From assembly GCA_002863085.1 (NCBI GenBank), contig PKDT01000033.1, forward strand, positions 1-58,698: a stretch of DNA of 58,698 nt. The letters run 5' to 3'. The DNA comes from Flavobacteriales bacterium (lineage in GTDB: Bacteria; Bacteroidota; Bacteroidia; Flavobacteriales; TMED113). Below, piece after piece: positions 1-9,828 of the stretch. Below the pieces are notes generated by a model. It saw nothing but the letters and a program-made list of their open reading frames with translations, searched no databases and was not told the DNA's origin. The stretch's first letter is position 1, and each line of letters begins with the position of its first letter. Position numbers and translations under genes: made by a program.

Positions 1-1
1 G

Positions 2-919
2 GTTGGTGGAATAAATCACAAACAATTTAAATATGATCACGTCAAAGAGGGTAAAAGACAGGTTGGTTCAACTTTTAAACCCTTTATTTATGCAACAGCA
101 ATCGACCAATTCAAATATTCTCCTTGCTTCAAAGTTCCAAATGTTCAAGTAATATTCGAAAAAGAAAAGTGGCGATTAGACGAAGACTACATTCCTGAAA
201 ATGCAAATAAAAAATACGGAGGAGAACTAACATTAGTTGATGGACTAGCACAATCAAAAAATACTATTTCAGCTTACTTAATGAAACGAGTTGGGCCACG
301 AAAAGTTATTAAGTTGGCGAGAAAAATGGGAATAACAAGCTACTTACCCGCAGTACCCTCTTTGTGTCTGGGAACTGCTGAGATTTCACTTTTTGAAATG
401 ACTGGAGCATATAGTACATTCGCAAATAGCGGAATTTACATGGAGCCATATTTTGTGTCAAGAATCGAAGATAAAAATGGAGTTGTAATTGAAACCTTCA
501 CTAATTCTCCAAAAGAAATTTTGAGCGAAGATAAAAATATTGTGATGGTAAAGCTTCTCCAAGGTGTTATAAATAGAGGTTCCGGAAGCAGGCTAAGATG
601 GAAATACAAAATGAATAATGAAATTGCTGGTAAAACTGGGACCACTCAAAACCATTCTGACGGCTGGTTTATTGGTTTTGTACCTGACCTTGTTACTGGC
701 GTTTGGACAGGCGCTGATAATAGGGCTGTGAGATTTCGAGACCTAAAACTTGGACAAGGTGCTCAGATGGCATTACCAATTTGGGGGGAATACATGAATA
801 GTTTGTATTCTGACTCGTTAATTGAATTAAATAAAGCTCGCTTTGAAATTCCTAAAAATAGTAATAATATTACATTAGATTGCTCTGACAAAACACAAAT
901 TGAAAACGAAGAATTTTAA
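2..919 (+). CDS. mrcA: Penicillin-binding protein 1A, C-terminal transpeptidase part (5' end outside window)
   Basis: The frame of ORF 281..919 stays open back to nt 2. Translation from nt 2 gives [13 protein letters not shown] (SxxK), AQSKNT (SxN) and AGKTGTT (KTG) transpeptidase motifs. Confidence 0.85.
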   Translation, partial: VGGINHKQFKYDHVKEGKRQVGSTFKPFIYATAIDQFKYSPCFKVPNVQVIFEKEKWRLDEDYIPENANKKYGGELTLVDGLAQSKNTISAYLMKRVGPRKVIKLARKMGITSYLPAVPSLCLGTAEISLFEMTGAYSTFANSGIYMEPYFVSRIEDKNGVVIETFTNSPKEILSEDKNIVMVKLLQGVINRGSGSRLRWKYKMNNEIAGKTGTTQNHSDGWFIGFVPDLVTGVWTGADNRAVRFRDLKLGQGAQMALPIWGEYMNSLYSDSLIELNKARFEIPKNSNNITLDCSDKTQIENEEF

Positions 920-921
920 TA

Positions 922-1611
922 ATGAATAAATTATACAAAAATGCCAACGACGCAATATTTGACATAAAAGACAACTCTGTAATTATGCTCGGTGGTTTTG
1001 GGCTTTGCGGAATTCCTGAAAATCTAATATCGGCTCTTGTCAAAAAAGGAACACGAAACCTAACTTGTATTTCGAATAATGCAGGAGTTGATGATTTTGG
1101 AATTGGGCTACTATTAAAAACTAAACAAGTAAAAAAAATGATATCCTCATATGTTGGTGAAAATTCTGAATTTGAAAAACAATTACTTAGCGGAGAATTG
1201 GATGTGGAGCTAATTCCGCAGGGAACATTAGCCGAAAGGTGTAGGGCGGCTGGAGCGGGTATTCCTGCTTTTTATACACCAAGTGGAGTTGGAACAGAGA
1301 TTTCTAATGGGAAAGAGTCGCGTATTTTCAACGGGAAAACATATTTACTTGAAAAAGCATTTTCTTCAGACTTTGCACTGGTTAAGGCTTGGAAGGGAGA
1401 TCGGATGGGAAACCTCATTTATCGTGGAACTGCAAGAAACTTTAATCCTATGATGGCTGCTGCTGGAAAAATTACAATCGCAGAGGTAGAAGTTCTCGTT
1501 GAAAATGGAAGTCTTGACCCTAACGAGGTTCACACTCCAAACATATACGTAGACAGAATTTTCGAGGGAAAAAATTACGAAAAAAGAATTGAAAAATTAA
1601 CTACAAAATAA
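922..1611 (+). CDS. scoA: 3-oxoacid (succinyl-CoA:3-ketoacid) CoA-transferase subunit A
   Basis: 229 aa with family-typical [36 protein letters not shown] and [10 protein letters not shown]. It is followed 1 nt later by the B subunit. Confidence 0.9.
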   Translation: MNKLYKNANDAIFDIKDNSVIMLGGFGLCGIPENLISALVKKGTRNLTCISNNAGVDDFGIGLLLKTKQVKKMISSYVGENSEFEKQLLSGELDVELIPQGTLAERCRAAGAGIPAFYTPSGVGTEISNGKESRIFNGKTYLLEKAFSSDFALVKAWKGDRMGNLIYRGTARNFNPMMAAAGKITIAEVEVLVENGSLDPNEVHTPNIYVDRIFEGKNYEKRIEKLTTK

Positions 1612-1612
1612 T

Positions 1613-2272
1613 ATGTCTTTATCAAAATTTGAAATTGCTAAAAGAATTGCACAAGAACTAAAAGATGGCTTTTATGTTAATTTAGGTATTGGAATACCGA
1701 CACTTATAGCTAATTACATCCCCGATGATATTTCCGTTGTTTTACAATCAGAAAATGGATTATTGGGCATGGGACCATTTCCGCCCAAAGCCAAGGTAGA
1801 CCCCGATTTAATTAATGCTGGCAAAGAAACCATAACAACTCTTGACGGTTCTGCTATATTTAGTTCTGCTGAAAGCTTTGGAATGATTAGAAGTGGAAGA
1901 GTTGACCTAACCGTGCTAGGAGCAATGGAGGTCGCTCAAAGTGGTGATATAGCAAATTGGAAAATACCTGGCAAAATGGTTAAGGGTATGGGGGGAGCAA
2001 TGGATTTAGTGGCATCGGCACAGAACATAATTGTTGCTATGATGCATACAAACAAAAATGGTAAATCAAAACTACTTAAAAATTGCACACTTCCACTAAC
2101 AGGAAAAAATTGTGTTAAAAAAATTGTTACGAACCTAGCAGTGATGGAAATAGAAAATTCGAAATTTATTTTAAAAGAGTATGCTCCAGGAGTATCAATT
2201 GAAGAAATAATTGATAAAACAGACGGTGAAACGACTGTTGCACCTGACATCTGTGAAATGAAAATCAACTAA
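1613..2272 (+). CDS. scoB: 3-oxoacid CoA-transferase subunit B
   Basis: 219 aa with the SENG catalytic-Glu motif ([13 protein letters not shown]) and GMGGAMDLV. It is adjacent to subunit A. Confidence 0.9.
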   Translation: MSLSKFEIAKRIAQELKDGFYVNLGIGIPTLIANYIPDDISVVLQSENGLLGMGPFPPKAKVDPDLINAGKETITTLDGSAIFSSAESFGMIRSGRVDLTVLGAMEVAQSGDIANWKIPGKMVKGMGGAMDLVASAQNIIVAMMHTNKNGKSKLLKNCTLPLTGKNCVKKIVTNLAVMEIENSKFILKEYAPGVSIEEIIDKTDGETTVAPDICEMKIN

Positions 2273-2273
2273 T

Positions 2274-3035
2274 ATGAAAATTATTTCATATAATATAAAT
2301 GGTATACGTGCTGCAATTAAAAAAAAATTTATTAATTGGCTTGAAGACATTAATCCTGATATAATTTGTCTTCAGGAAATTAAAGCAACTCCTCAACAGT
2401 TTGATTCAAAACAATTTGAAAGTATAGGATATAAATGTTTCTGGTATCCTGCAGAAAAAAGGGGCTACAGCGGTGTTGCTATATTAAGTAAAAAAAGGCC
2501 AGAAAAAATTATTTATGGTTGTGGAGAAAAAATATTTGATGACGAAGGGCGTGTTTTAATTGCTAAATATAAAAATATAAATGTTTTGTCATGCTACTTT
2601 CCATCAGGAACAAGCGGTAGCTCAAGGCAATTATATAAAATGAATTTTTTAAAAGTATTCTATAAGTTTATTGATGAGAATTTCAAAGGACAGAACTGTG
2701 TGATTTCAGGTGACTTTAACATCTGTCATAAGGCAATTGACATACATAATCCTGTTTCTAATAAGAATTCATCCGGATTTTTGCCAGAAGAAAGAGATTG
2801 GATGAGTGGTTTTTTAAGGCTTGGATTTGTAGATACTTTTAGAGAAAAAAACTTAAGTCCTCATCAATATAGCTGGTGGAGTTACAGAGCAAATTCAAGA
2901 TTAAAAAACAAAGGATGGCGAATTGATTACCATATGCTATCAAAAGTTTTAACAAACAAAATTAATGAAGCTAAAATATTACAGGACGTTCATCATTCTG
3001 ACCACTGTCCAATACTCTTAGACTTAAATATTTAG
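2274..3035 (+). CDS. xth: Exodeoxyribonuclease III
   Basis: 253 aa with MKIISYNINGIRA, ICLQEIK, GDFNICH and a C-terminal SDHCP, typical of the Xth/APE1 EEP nuclease family. Confidence 0.9.
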   Translation: MKIISYNINGIRAAIKKKFINWLEDINPDIICLQEIKATPQQFDSKQFESIGYKCFWYPAEKRGYSGVAILSKKRPEKIIYGCGEKIFDDEGRVLIAKYKNINVLSCYFPSGTSGSSRQLYKMNFLKVFYKFIDENFKGQNCVISGDFNICHKAIDIHNPVSNKNSSGFLPEERDWMSGFLRLGFVDTFREKNLSPHQYSWWSYRANSRLKNKGWRIDYHMLSKVLTNKINEAKILQDVHHSDHCPILLDLNI

Positions 3036-3986
3036 TTATTCGCAATCTACGATATCACCAAGCATGAGAACCATAGATTCACCAAATCCCAATATTATTT
3101 CGTAGCAAACCCCGTTGACATTAATAGAAACATTGTCTAAGTTTATTTCGGTTAATGGCGGGCCCTGTGGTCCCTGTGGTCCCTGTGATCCCTGTGGTCC
3201 CTGTAGTCCCTGTGGTCCCTGTGGTCCCTGTTGTAAGAAATTAAAAAAATCTTCTAAAGATGCACCCTGATTTCCATTATTTTGCCAAAATTCAAATATA
3301 TTTTGACCTAATAAGTACTCCTCAATTGTTCCGCCTTGATTTGGAGTGTTGCCATCTTCATCGGTGTAAGATAACCAATCTTGATACATACTATTTCCTG
3401 GTTCGCCCTGAGGGCCAGGTTCACCCTGAGGGCCAGGGATGTTAGATGCTTGGCCTTGGGGGCCAACTGGACCTTGCGGACCAATGGGACCAACCGGACC
3501 TGGCATTCCCATTTCGCCCTGAGGACCCTGAGGACCAGTTTGTCCTTGCGGCCCAGGATTACCCGGGTTTCCACTTGTTTGTGAAAACAGGGCGTAAGGC
3601 ACACTTCTAAGTTGTGTTGATCCAATTATTAAATAATCGGAGTCGTTTAACTCGTCCGAAATCTCGGATATTCCGACAGTTAAAAAATGAGAGTGATTAG
3701 CCCAATCAATTTCCTCAAACATACTAGCTGTTGGAGTACCCGCCCCAATCGCCAAATTAATTAGGCCAATTGAGTTTGTCAATACTGAGTCGTGTATCTC
3801 ACGATAAATAGGAAAATTTTCAGGACTGTCTTCCGAAATACTAATTGAGACGTTAAGATACTCGTTTGATCTAGGATTCCAATTTGAATCACGGACAACT
3901 GTCTGATAGGAAAATGTTTGTGGAGCTTGCGAAAAAGAAAGTCCAGATAATAACATAGCAATAGTAAAGTAATTGATGTATTTCAT
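3036..3986 (-). CDS. Secreted collagen-like (GXY triple-helix repeat) protein
   Basis: It has an N-terminal signal peptide ([21 protein letters not shown]). There are two GXY blocks: [41 protein letters not shown]...[13 protein letters not shown] and [23 protein letters not shown]. The SVPYALF motif precedes the first block. Confidence 0.75.
   Translation of the reverse strand: MKYINYFTIAMLLSGLSFSQAPQTFSYQTVVRDSNWNPRSNEYLNVSISISEDSPENFPIYREIHDSVLTNSIGLINLAIGAGTPTASMFEEIDWANHSHFLTVGISEISDELNDSDYLIIGSTQLRSVPYALFSQTSGNPGNPGPQGQTGPQGPQGEMGMPGPVGPIGPQGPVGPQGQASNIPGPQGEPGPQGEPGNSMYQDWLSYTDEDGNTPNQGGTIEEYLLGQNIFEFWQNNGNQGASLEDFFNFLQQGPQGPQGLQGPQGSQGPQGPQGPPLTEINLDNVSINVNGVCYEIILGFGESMVLMLGDIVDCE
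3160..3231. repeat. Eight tandem 9-bp units (consensus GGTCCCTGT) inside the collagen-like gene
   Basis: Read directly: gggccctgt ggtccctgt ggtccctgt gatccctgt ggtccctgt agtccctgt ggtccctgt ggtccctgt. It encodes the (GPQ)n block on the minus strand. Confidence 0.9.
3400..3435. repeat. Two tandem 18-bp units (ggttcRccctgagggcca) inside the collagen-like gene
   Basis: Read directly; there is one mismatch between the units. It encodes [13 protein letters not shown] on the minus strand. Confidence 0.85.
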
Positions 3987-3987
3987 A

Positions 3988-4476
3988 TTAATTGATTTTA
4001 TTTATTTTAAATACCGAATTATATTTATCGTTGAAATTTAAAGAAAGTAAATATAAGCCCGGGGGTAAAAAACTTAAATCTATGTAGCGTTCATGATTTA
4101 TAAAATAATTTTGTTTTTTTAAAACCACCTTCCCCGCGTAGTCTGTTAGCTTTATGTTAGCACTTTCGTAATTGTCAAATGATATATATAATTGATCATT
4201 TGTTGGGTTTGGGTAAACTTTAACATTGTTTGTAAACATATTTTCACTAATAGTTGAAATATTAATGTAATCCTGGTGAAAGCCTTGTGTTAATATGACA
4301 TTAGAAGCTTGCAGAGTTTCCGTAGATATTTCACCGATTGTAAATGACAAATTATAATTGAGGTTAGAAAAGCTGCCGCCTGATGAGCCAATAACCTCAG
4401 GACTTGTAATATAATTAACTTGACTAAAGCATAAGTTTATGCTTAAACATAAAAGAATAAACATCTTTTTATTCAT
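3988..4476 (-). CDS. Small secreted protein with T9SS (Por) C-terminal sorting domain
   Basis: It has a signal peptide ([19 protein letters not shown]). The C-terminal region ([16 protein letters not shown] ... GLYLLSL ... FKINK) matches the type-A T9SS CTD pattern. It lies 1 nt upstream of the collagen-like gene. Confidence 0.7.
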   Translation of the reverse strand: MNKKMFILLCLSINLCFSQVNYITSPEVIGSSGGSFSNLNYNLSFTIGEISTETLQASNVILTQGFHQDYINISTISENMFTNNVKVYPNPTNDQLYISFDNYESANIKLTDYAGKVVLKKQNYFINHERYIDLSFLPPGLYLLSLNFNDKYNSVFKINKIN

Positions 4477-4574
4477 GAGACACGTAGTATTTAAAATTTG
4501 TGCTTTAACTAATTTAACACTATTTTTTTCAGATTTTATATTTAAATTAAAAAATTATTCGAATGATTTTGGGT

Positions 4575-5198
4575 CTAATAATTAATTAAACATCCGACAG
4601 CATCTGTTTCAAAATAATCTATTTCTGAACCTATTGCTAAATTGTTTAAAATAAAATTCAAGTAATTTTCTGTTGGGGGGGTCCATTGGCCGATAGCAAG
4701 ATAGCTATTATCTATCATTCCCCTGTAAATCAAATTATCCGATACCTCTATAAAAACTTCCGGTGTTACATTTGGTTGATATATTGAAGTATATATTCCA
4801 ATATCATTAGATTCATAGTTAAAATCCGGGTAAATGTTAAATGGAATTTCATAGTCTAACATAAAGCTTTCAAGACTAGAGGGTGTAGAAATAAGATTCG
4901 GAGAAAACCCCCTAAAAATAAAGTTTGAGTTAAGTGAGTCATTAAATAGATAATATGCCTCTCTTATGGGACCGCACATATACTGAGATATTGGACAATT
5001 TTCATAGAGAAAAAAAGTTACAACAACATTCGAGTTTTGTGAATTATCTAGACAGCTTTCAATGCAATCACTAACCGTATCATAGCTACCATCAACATCT
5101 TCTACACATACTGAATCAATGCATTTATATCCATTAAAGTCATTAACACAAGATATTAAAAAAGTGAAACAAAGGAGACTAATAAAAAGAAATTTCAT
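4575..5198 (-). CDS. Hypothetical lipoprotein with a Cys-rich N-terminal module, possibly with a thioredoxin-like fold
   Basis: Lipobox FLISC; six Cys in residues 17-50. The pattern VVTFFLYENCPISQYMCGPI ... LIYRGMIDNSY resembles redoxin-fold proteins with a degenerate CxxC (from memory, not searched). Confidence 0.4.
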   Translation of the reverse strand: MKFLFISLLCFTFLISCVNDFNGYKCIDSVCVEDVDGSYDTVSDCIESCLDNSQNSNVVVTFFLYENCPISQYMCGPIREAYYLFNDSLNSNFIFRGFSPNLISTPSSLESFMLDYEIPFNIYPDFNYESNDIGIYTSIYQPNVTPEVFIEVSDNLIYRGMIDNSYLAIGQWTPPTENYLNFILNNLAIGSEIDYFETDAVGCLINY

Positions 5199-5219
5199 CT
5201 AAATTATAAGTTATAAATG

Positions 5220-5291
<72 letters not shown>

Positions 5292-5385
5292 TAATATTAA
5301 ATAATTCATAAATTTAATAAATTGAACTATATTGTTTGTAATTAGTTATTACTAAAATGGTAATAGTCATAAATCAGAAAGTTCC

Positions 5386-7464
5386 ATGAGTATTCATATA
5401 AAAGAAGAGATTAAAAAGGTTTTAATCAACAATAGTTCTGGTTTGAACATAAAGCAAATTTGTTGGGAACTAAAAAAAAGATTTAATACTTCTAATGAAA
5501 ACGTATCCTTAATGATAGAAGAGCTAAGCCGAGAGGGTTTAGTAAAAAATCAAAGTTATAAATACAAATTTAATTGGCCCAATAGAAATTTTACGGGAAC
5601 TATATACATTAACCGCTCAGGAAACGGTTATATCAAGTGCGATGAATTTAATCAGGAAATTTTTGTAAGCGAAAAAAATCGTTTGAACACCCTAAATAAA
5701 GATACCGTAAGTTTTAAATTATTAAAACCCCCAAAAAATAAGCTTGAGGGGCAGGTTTGTGGTGTTTTATTAAGAAATAAAACAAAATTTTGGGGAAAAA
5801 TTACAAAAGAAGGACGCAACTTTTTTTTTATTTCTTATAACAAAAGAGATGGTTCTGATTTTTTTATACCTGAAGCGGAATTAAATGGGGCCCAAAATAA
5901 ATCTTCTGTGATTGTAGAACTATCTGATTGGCCAATATCTGCTGGATGCCCGTTTGGGCGGGTAGTTAAGTTATTAAATAATGAAATTGACCTAAACACA
6001 GAAATATCAGCAAATTTAGAACTTTTCAACATTAAAACCCTTTTCTCACAATCAATTAATAAAGAGCTCGCTGAGTTTGATGACGAGGCTATTTATAAAA
6101 CGAATGAAGGTCGAGAAGATTTTAGGCAAATCACAACCTTTACTATTGATCCCACTGATGCAAAAGATTTTGATGATGCAATTTCAATAGTAACACAAAA
6201 AAATGGTAATTATCTTATCGGAGTACATATTGCAGATGTGTCACATTATGTTAAACCTGAATCTGAAATTGATAAAGAAGCATACCTAAGGGCATTCTCA
6301 ATATATTTCCCTGGTCATGTTATTCCAATGTTGCCCGAAAAACTTTCTAATAACTTATGTTCATTAAAAGAGGGAGTTGATAGATTTACTTTTTCGGTAG
6401 TTCTTGAAACTGATAAGGAATTCAATATTTTATCAAATAAAATCACTAAGGGAATAATAAATTCTAACAAAAGATTTTCATATGAGGGTGTCGAAAAAAT
6501 TCTCAGAGACGGAAAGGGCGATTATTTTAATGAATTACATGTCCTAAATCAAGTTGCAAAAAAACAAAGAAAAGCAAGAGTTATTAATGGGTCAATTGAA
6601 TTTGAAAGGTCAAGTGTATCCTTCCATGTTGACAAGTCAGGAAATCCTATTTCAATATCAAAAAAAGTCCCGTTAGATTCACACAAGTTAGTTGAAGAAT
6701 TTATGTTATTAGCAAATAAAACTGTTGCTACTAAGCTAAGGAAAACGCAATCATCAATATTCAGAGTTCATGATCTTCCTGATTTGAAAAAATTAAGAGA
6801 AATATCAAAATACATTTCAAATATTTCCACCGAAAGTGATTTCCCCTGTTTTGAAAAGCTTAAACTTCCAAAGTTTATAAACAAAATTTTAAAAATTGAT
6901 ATAAATAACACAAATCAAGATGCCATAAATAATCTCATTCTTAGATGTATGGCAAAAGCAAAATATAGCTCTAAAAACATTGGTCATTTTGGCTTGGGCT
7001 TTAGTAATTACACACATTTCACGTCCCCCATTAGACGCTACTCAGACCTTTTAGTTCATCGGTTACTAGAAAAATTATTGAAAGGGGAAAGGCTCGTTAT
7101 CTCAAATATCGAAAAAAAGTGTATTCACTTTTCAAATACAGAAAAAACATATACTGATGTTGAAAGAAGTACCGTTAAACTTTTTCAACTCAGCTTACTT
7201 AAGCGATTAATTGGTAATAATTTTACGGGTGTGATTTCGTCAGTGAAAAAATGGGGAATTTATGTTGAACTAGATGGGGGCAGGGGCGAAGGTTTAGTTT
7301 CTAAAGACCACTTAATTGATGATCATTATATTTTTAATGAAAACTTGCATGAGTATGTAGGAATCCGAAACCGTAAGAAATATTTTTTAGGTAAGTCCGT
7401 TACTGTTAAAATTGAAAAAATAGATTTAATGCAAAAAGAAATGGATTTATCTTTTAATGATTGA
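5386..7464 (+). CDS. rnr: Ribonuclease R
   Basis: 692 aa with an N-terminal winged-helix region, RNB catalytic motifs (TIDPTDAKDFDDAIS, HFGLGFSNYTHFTSPIRRYSDLLVHR) and a C-terminal S1 domain (FTGVISSVKKWGIYVEL). Confidence 0.9.
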   Translation: MSIHIKEEIKKVLINNSSGLNIKQICWELKKRFNTSNENVSLMIEELSREGLVKNQSYKYKFNWPNRNFTGTIYINRSGNGYIKCDEFNQEIFVSEKNRLNTLNKDTVSFKLLKPPKNKLEGQVCGVLLRNKTKFWGKITKEGRNFFFISYNKRDGSDFFIPEAELNGAQNKSSVIVELSDWPISAGCPFGRVVKLLNNEIDLNTEISANLELFNIKTLFSQSINKELAEFDDEAIYKTNEGREDFRQITTFTIDPTDAKDFDDAISIVTQKNGNYLIGVHIADVSHYVKPESEIDKEAYLRAFSIYFPGHVIPMLPEKLSNNLCSLKEGVDRFTFSVVLETDKEFNILSNKITKGIINSNKRFSYEGVEKILRDGKGDYFNELHVLNQVAKKQRKARVINGSIEFERSSVSFHVDKSGNPISISKKVPLDSHKLVEEFMLLANKTVATKLRKTQSSIFRVHDLPDLKKLREISKYISNISTESDFPCFEKLKLPKFINKILKIDINNTNQDAINNLILRCMAKAKYSSKNIGHFGLGFSNYTHFTSPIRRYSDLLVHRLLEKLLKGERLVISNIEKKCIHFSNTEKTYTDVERSTVKLFQLSLLKRLIGNNFTGVISSVKKWGIYVELDGGRGEGLVSKDHLIDDHYIFNENLHEYVGIRNRKKYFLGKSVTVKIEKIDLMQKEMDLSFND

Positions 7465-7469
7465 CACAT

Positions 7470-8948
7470 ATGAAAAACTATATATATTTTTTTGTTGCTT
7501 TGATTGGGTGCGCGAATATTCTCCCCCCTTCGGGTGGAGAAAGAGACATTACAGCCCCTGTTTTTATAAAATCGTCGCCTGAAAATTTCTCAATCAATTT
7601 TAATTCAAACAACATAGTTTTATACTTTGATGAGTACATAAATCTCAAAAATATAGACAATATTAGAATAACACCAAGTTGTCTTCCTAAGCCTGTGATT
7701 ACAAGAAAAAATAAATCTGTAATTGTTAATTTGAATTGTGATCTTAAAAAAAATACAACTTATACAATAACTTTTAATAATTCAATTATTGATTTAAATG
7801 AAGGAAACGAGGTTAAAAACCTTAAGTATGTTTTTTCAACTGGAAACATAATAGATTCATGTTATCTCACAGGAAATGTGTCAGACTTTTTATTTGCTGA
7901 AAAGCAATCCAATTGTGTTGTATCATTATTCAATGAATATGACTCAACAACAAGTTTGCAATATTACGGACTAACTGATGAAAATGGAGAATACATTATT
8001 GAAAATATAAAAGATACCATTTATACAATCTTTGCATTTTGTGATAATAATAATAATTTTGATTATGATTTAGGAGAGCTTGTCTCTAAAAAAACTCCAG
8101 TTATCGCTCTGAATAAAGAGATTGACCTTAAGGTTTTCCAAGAAAACTTAAACCCAATTAAAATTTATGAAAGCCGACATAAAAATTTAATTCACTTTGA
8201 ACACGACTTGCTCACTAAACCTATTGAAATTTTAAACTGTGATGGATTTTGGTTAAGAAAAAAATATGAATCTATATTCTGGTTTAATGACTCAATAAAA
8301 CTTATACATTTTAGACACCGAAACTTTTATGACTCTATCAGAGTAAATAATCGCATTAAACATAATAAATTTGACTTTGAAATAATTTCTAAAAATGAAG
8401 AAATAATAAATGATAATAGGATCATCATTTCTTCAAACCTGCCATTAAATAAATTTGACTCTGATAAAATATTTATTAATAATGAAAAAGTCAAAATAAA
8501 AATCTTAGATCCTTTTCATTTAGAATTATCACCTGATTTTATAGTAAAAGAAAAAGTATCCGTAACGATGCTAGATAGTGCTGTAACTAATAAATTTTAC
8601 CAATCGAACGATTCCACAAAACTGTTCTTTGATTTTTCTGACGCGAATTTTGGAAGCCTGACTGTAACATCAGAAAACTATTACGAAAATTCCATATTAG
8701 AACTTTTTCAAAACAGTAAAACTATCATCGTTCTAGATTTTAATAAAAAACAAAGTTTAGTTAATTTAAAACCCGGTAAATATCAGTTAAGGGTCTACCA
8801 AGATAATAATCAAAACCGAATTTGGGACCACGGTGGGTTTAATTTCTTGAATAATACCGAAAAAATACAGGTATTTCCAGAAATAATTGATATCAAAGCT
8901 AATTGGACTTTTGAAGCTAAATTGAACAACAATCCAAAAAAACATTAA
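7470..8948 (+). CDS. Ig-like (SbsA-type) domain lipoprotein, function unknown
   Basis: Lipobox VALIGC followed by PPSGGERDITAPVF, typical of Bacteroidota Ig-like-domain lipoproteins. The tracked ORF starts at TTG 7461; ATG 7470 is the likelier start. Confidence 0.5.
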   Translation: MKNYIYFFVALIGCANILPPSGGERDITAPVFIKSSPENFSINFNSNNIVLYFDEYINLKNIDNIRITPSCLPKPVITRKNKSVIVNLNCDLKKNTTYTITFNNSIIDLNEGNEVKNLKYVFSTGNIIDSCYLTGNVSDFLFAEKQSNCVVSLFNEYDSTTSLQYYGLTDENGEYIIENIKDTIYTIFAFCDNNNNFDYDLGELVSKKTPVIALNKEIDLKVFQENLNPIKIYESRHKNLIHFEHDLLTKPIEILNCDGFWLRKKYESIFWFNDSIKLIHFRHRNFYDSIRVNNRIKHNKFDFEIISKNEEIINDNRIIISSNLPLNKFDSDKIFINNEKVKIKILDPFHLELSPDFIVKEKVSVTMLDSAVTNKFYQSNDSTKLFFDFSDANFGSLTVTSENYYENSILELFQNSKTIIVLDFNKKQSLVNLKPGKYQLRVYQDNNQNRIWDHGGFNFLNNTEKIQVFPEIIDIKANWTFEAKLNNNPKKH

Positions 8949-8978
8949 TTAAGTTTACTTAATTGCACACTTGTTTAG

Positions 8979-8986
8979 TATTTTTG
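8979..8986 (+). promoter_or_regulatory. Candidate Bacteroidota -7 promoter box (TATTTTTG) for sdhC
   Basis: Matches TAnnTTTG and lies about 25 nt upstream of ATG 9011. This argues that 9011, not 8963, is the sdhC start. Confidence 0.3.
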
Positions 8987-9010
8987 TATACGCAACAATA
9001 CAACAATCTG

Positions 9011-9658
9011 ATGTACACGTCGATATTAAAAAAGGTACTAATGGCGTTGTCTGGAATATTCCTTATGGTTTTTCTAGTCCAACATTTAGCAATTAACCTG
9101 ACTTCTCTCATTCCAGACAATGGCTACACCTTCAATAAAATTTCACACTTTATGGGTTACAACCCAGTTGTGCAGTTTATTCTTCAACCAATATTGATGT
9201 TAGGTGTCTGCTTTCACTTCACAATGGGAATCTTTCTGGAATATCAGAACAGAAGGGCGCGAAAATCAAAATATGTTTTTCACAAGACTCGTAGTTCTTG
9301 GATTTCTAAAAACATGATATTGTCCGGGTTGGTGGTTCTCGCTTTTTTAGCTCTTCACTTTTATGATTTTTGGGTACCTGAAATGGATTATAAATATGTT
9401 AGTAAGTTAATTCCCGCCGAAGATAGATACTATCATGAGCTACAAGAAAAGTTTCACAATTCTACGCGGACTGTTATTTATTGCATATCATTTGTTCTTT
9501 TAGGTCTTCATTTGAATCATGGATTAGCTTCTTCATTTCAGTCTGTAGGCGTTACAACGTCTAGTCAAAAGAAGCTTAAACTTATTGCTAATATATATTC
9601 AATATCTATTGCAATTGGCTTCACTGTTGTTGCAGTTTTCCATTATTTCTCACATTAA
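9011..9658 (+). CDS. sdhC: Succinate dehydrogenase/fumarate reductase cytochrome b subunit (Bacteroidota type)
   Basis: Polytopic membrane protein with conserved His in the helices (VQHLAINL, FHFTMG, ALHFYDF, GLHLNHG). It sits upstream of sdhA/sdhB. The tracked ORF 8963..9658 probably over-extends the N-terminus. Confidence 0.8.
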   Translation: MYTSILKKVLMALSGIFLMVFLVQHLAINLTSLIPDNGYTFNKISHFMGYNPVVQFILQPILMLGVCFHFTMGIFLEYQNRRARKSKYVFHKTRSSWISKNMILSGLVVLAFLALHFYDFWVPEMDYKYVSKLIPAEDRYYHELQEKFHNSTRTVIYCISFVLLGLHLNHGLASSFQSVGVTTSSQKKLKLIANIYSISIAIGFTVVAVFHYFSH

Positions 9659-9682
9659 TGTAAAGAAAACCTCTAATAATTC

Positions 9683-9701
9683 TGTATTTTAACAAAATAC
9701 A
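9683..9701 (+). terminator. Short hairpin (TGTATTTT-AAC-AAAATACA) just after the sdhC stop
   Basis: Perfect 8-bp inverted repeat with a 3-nt loop, followed by AAGCTTATTTT. It is AT-rich and therefore weak. Confidence 0.3.
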
Positions 9702-9800
9702 AAGCTTATTTTGAATTGGACAAAACAAGACAGGTATGTACATTTTTTCTTTATTTTTTTAATTATAAAAAATAAAGTAACTATATTTACATAAAATCTA

Positions 9801-9828
9801 GACAAAGATGGACAAAGATGGACAAATG
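9801..9828. repeat. Tandem decamer GACAAAGATG x2 plus GACAAATG over the start codon
   Basis: Read directly. It creates ATGs at 9808, 9818 and 9826. Confidence 0.9.

Noticed and set aside
2319-2327. A9 homopolymer tracts inside xth (2319-2327) and sufC (17420-17428), and an (AAC)4 run in pepP near 13500, considered as phase-variation or frameshift sites.
   Set aside because: The reading frames are intact and encode plausible Lys/Asn runs in essential genes. Such tracts are expected in AT-rich genomes.
3260-3625. Several 60-105-aa ORFs in other frames and strands across the collagen-like repeats.
   Set aside because: These are a by-product of the GC-rich, stop-poor GXY repeat DNA. The minus-strand frame with a signal peptide and GXY periodicity is the coherent reading.
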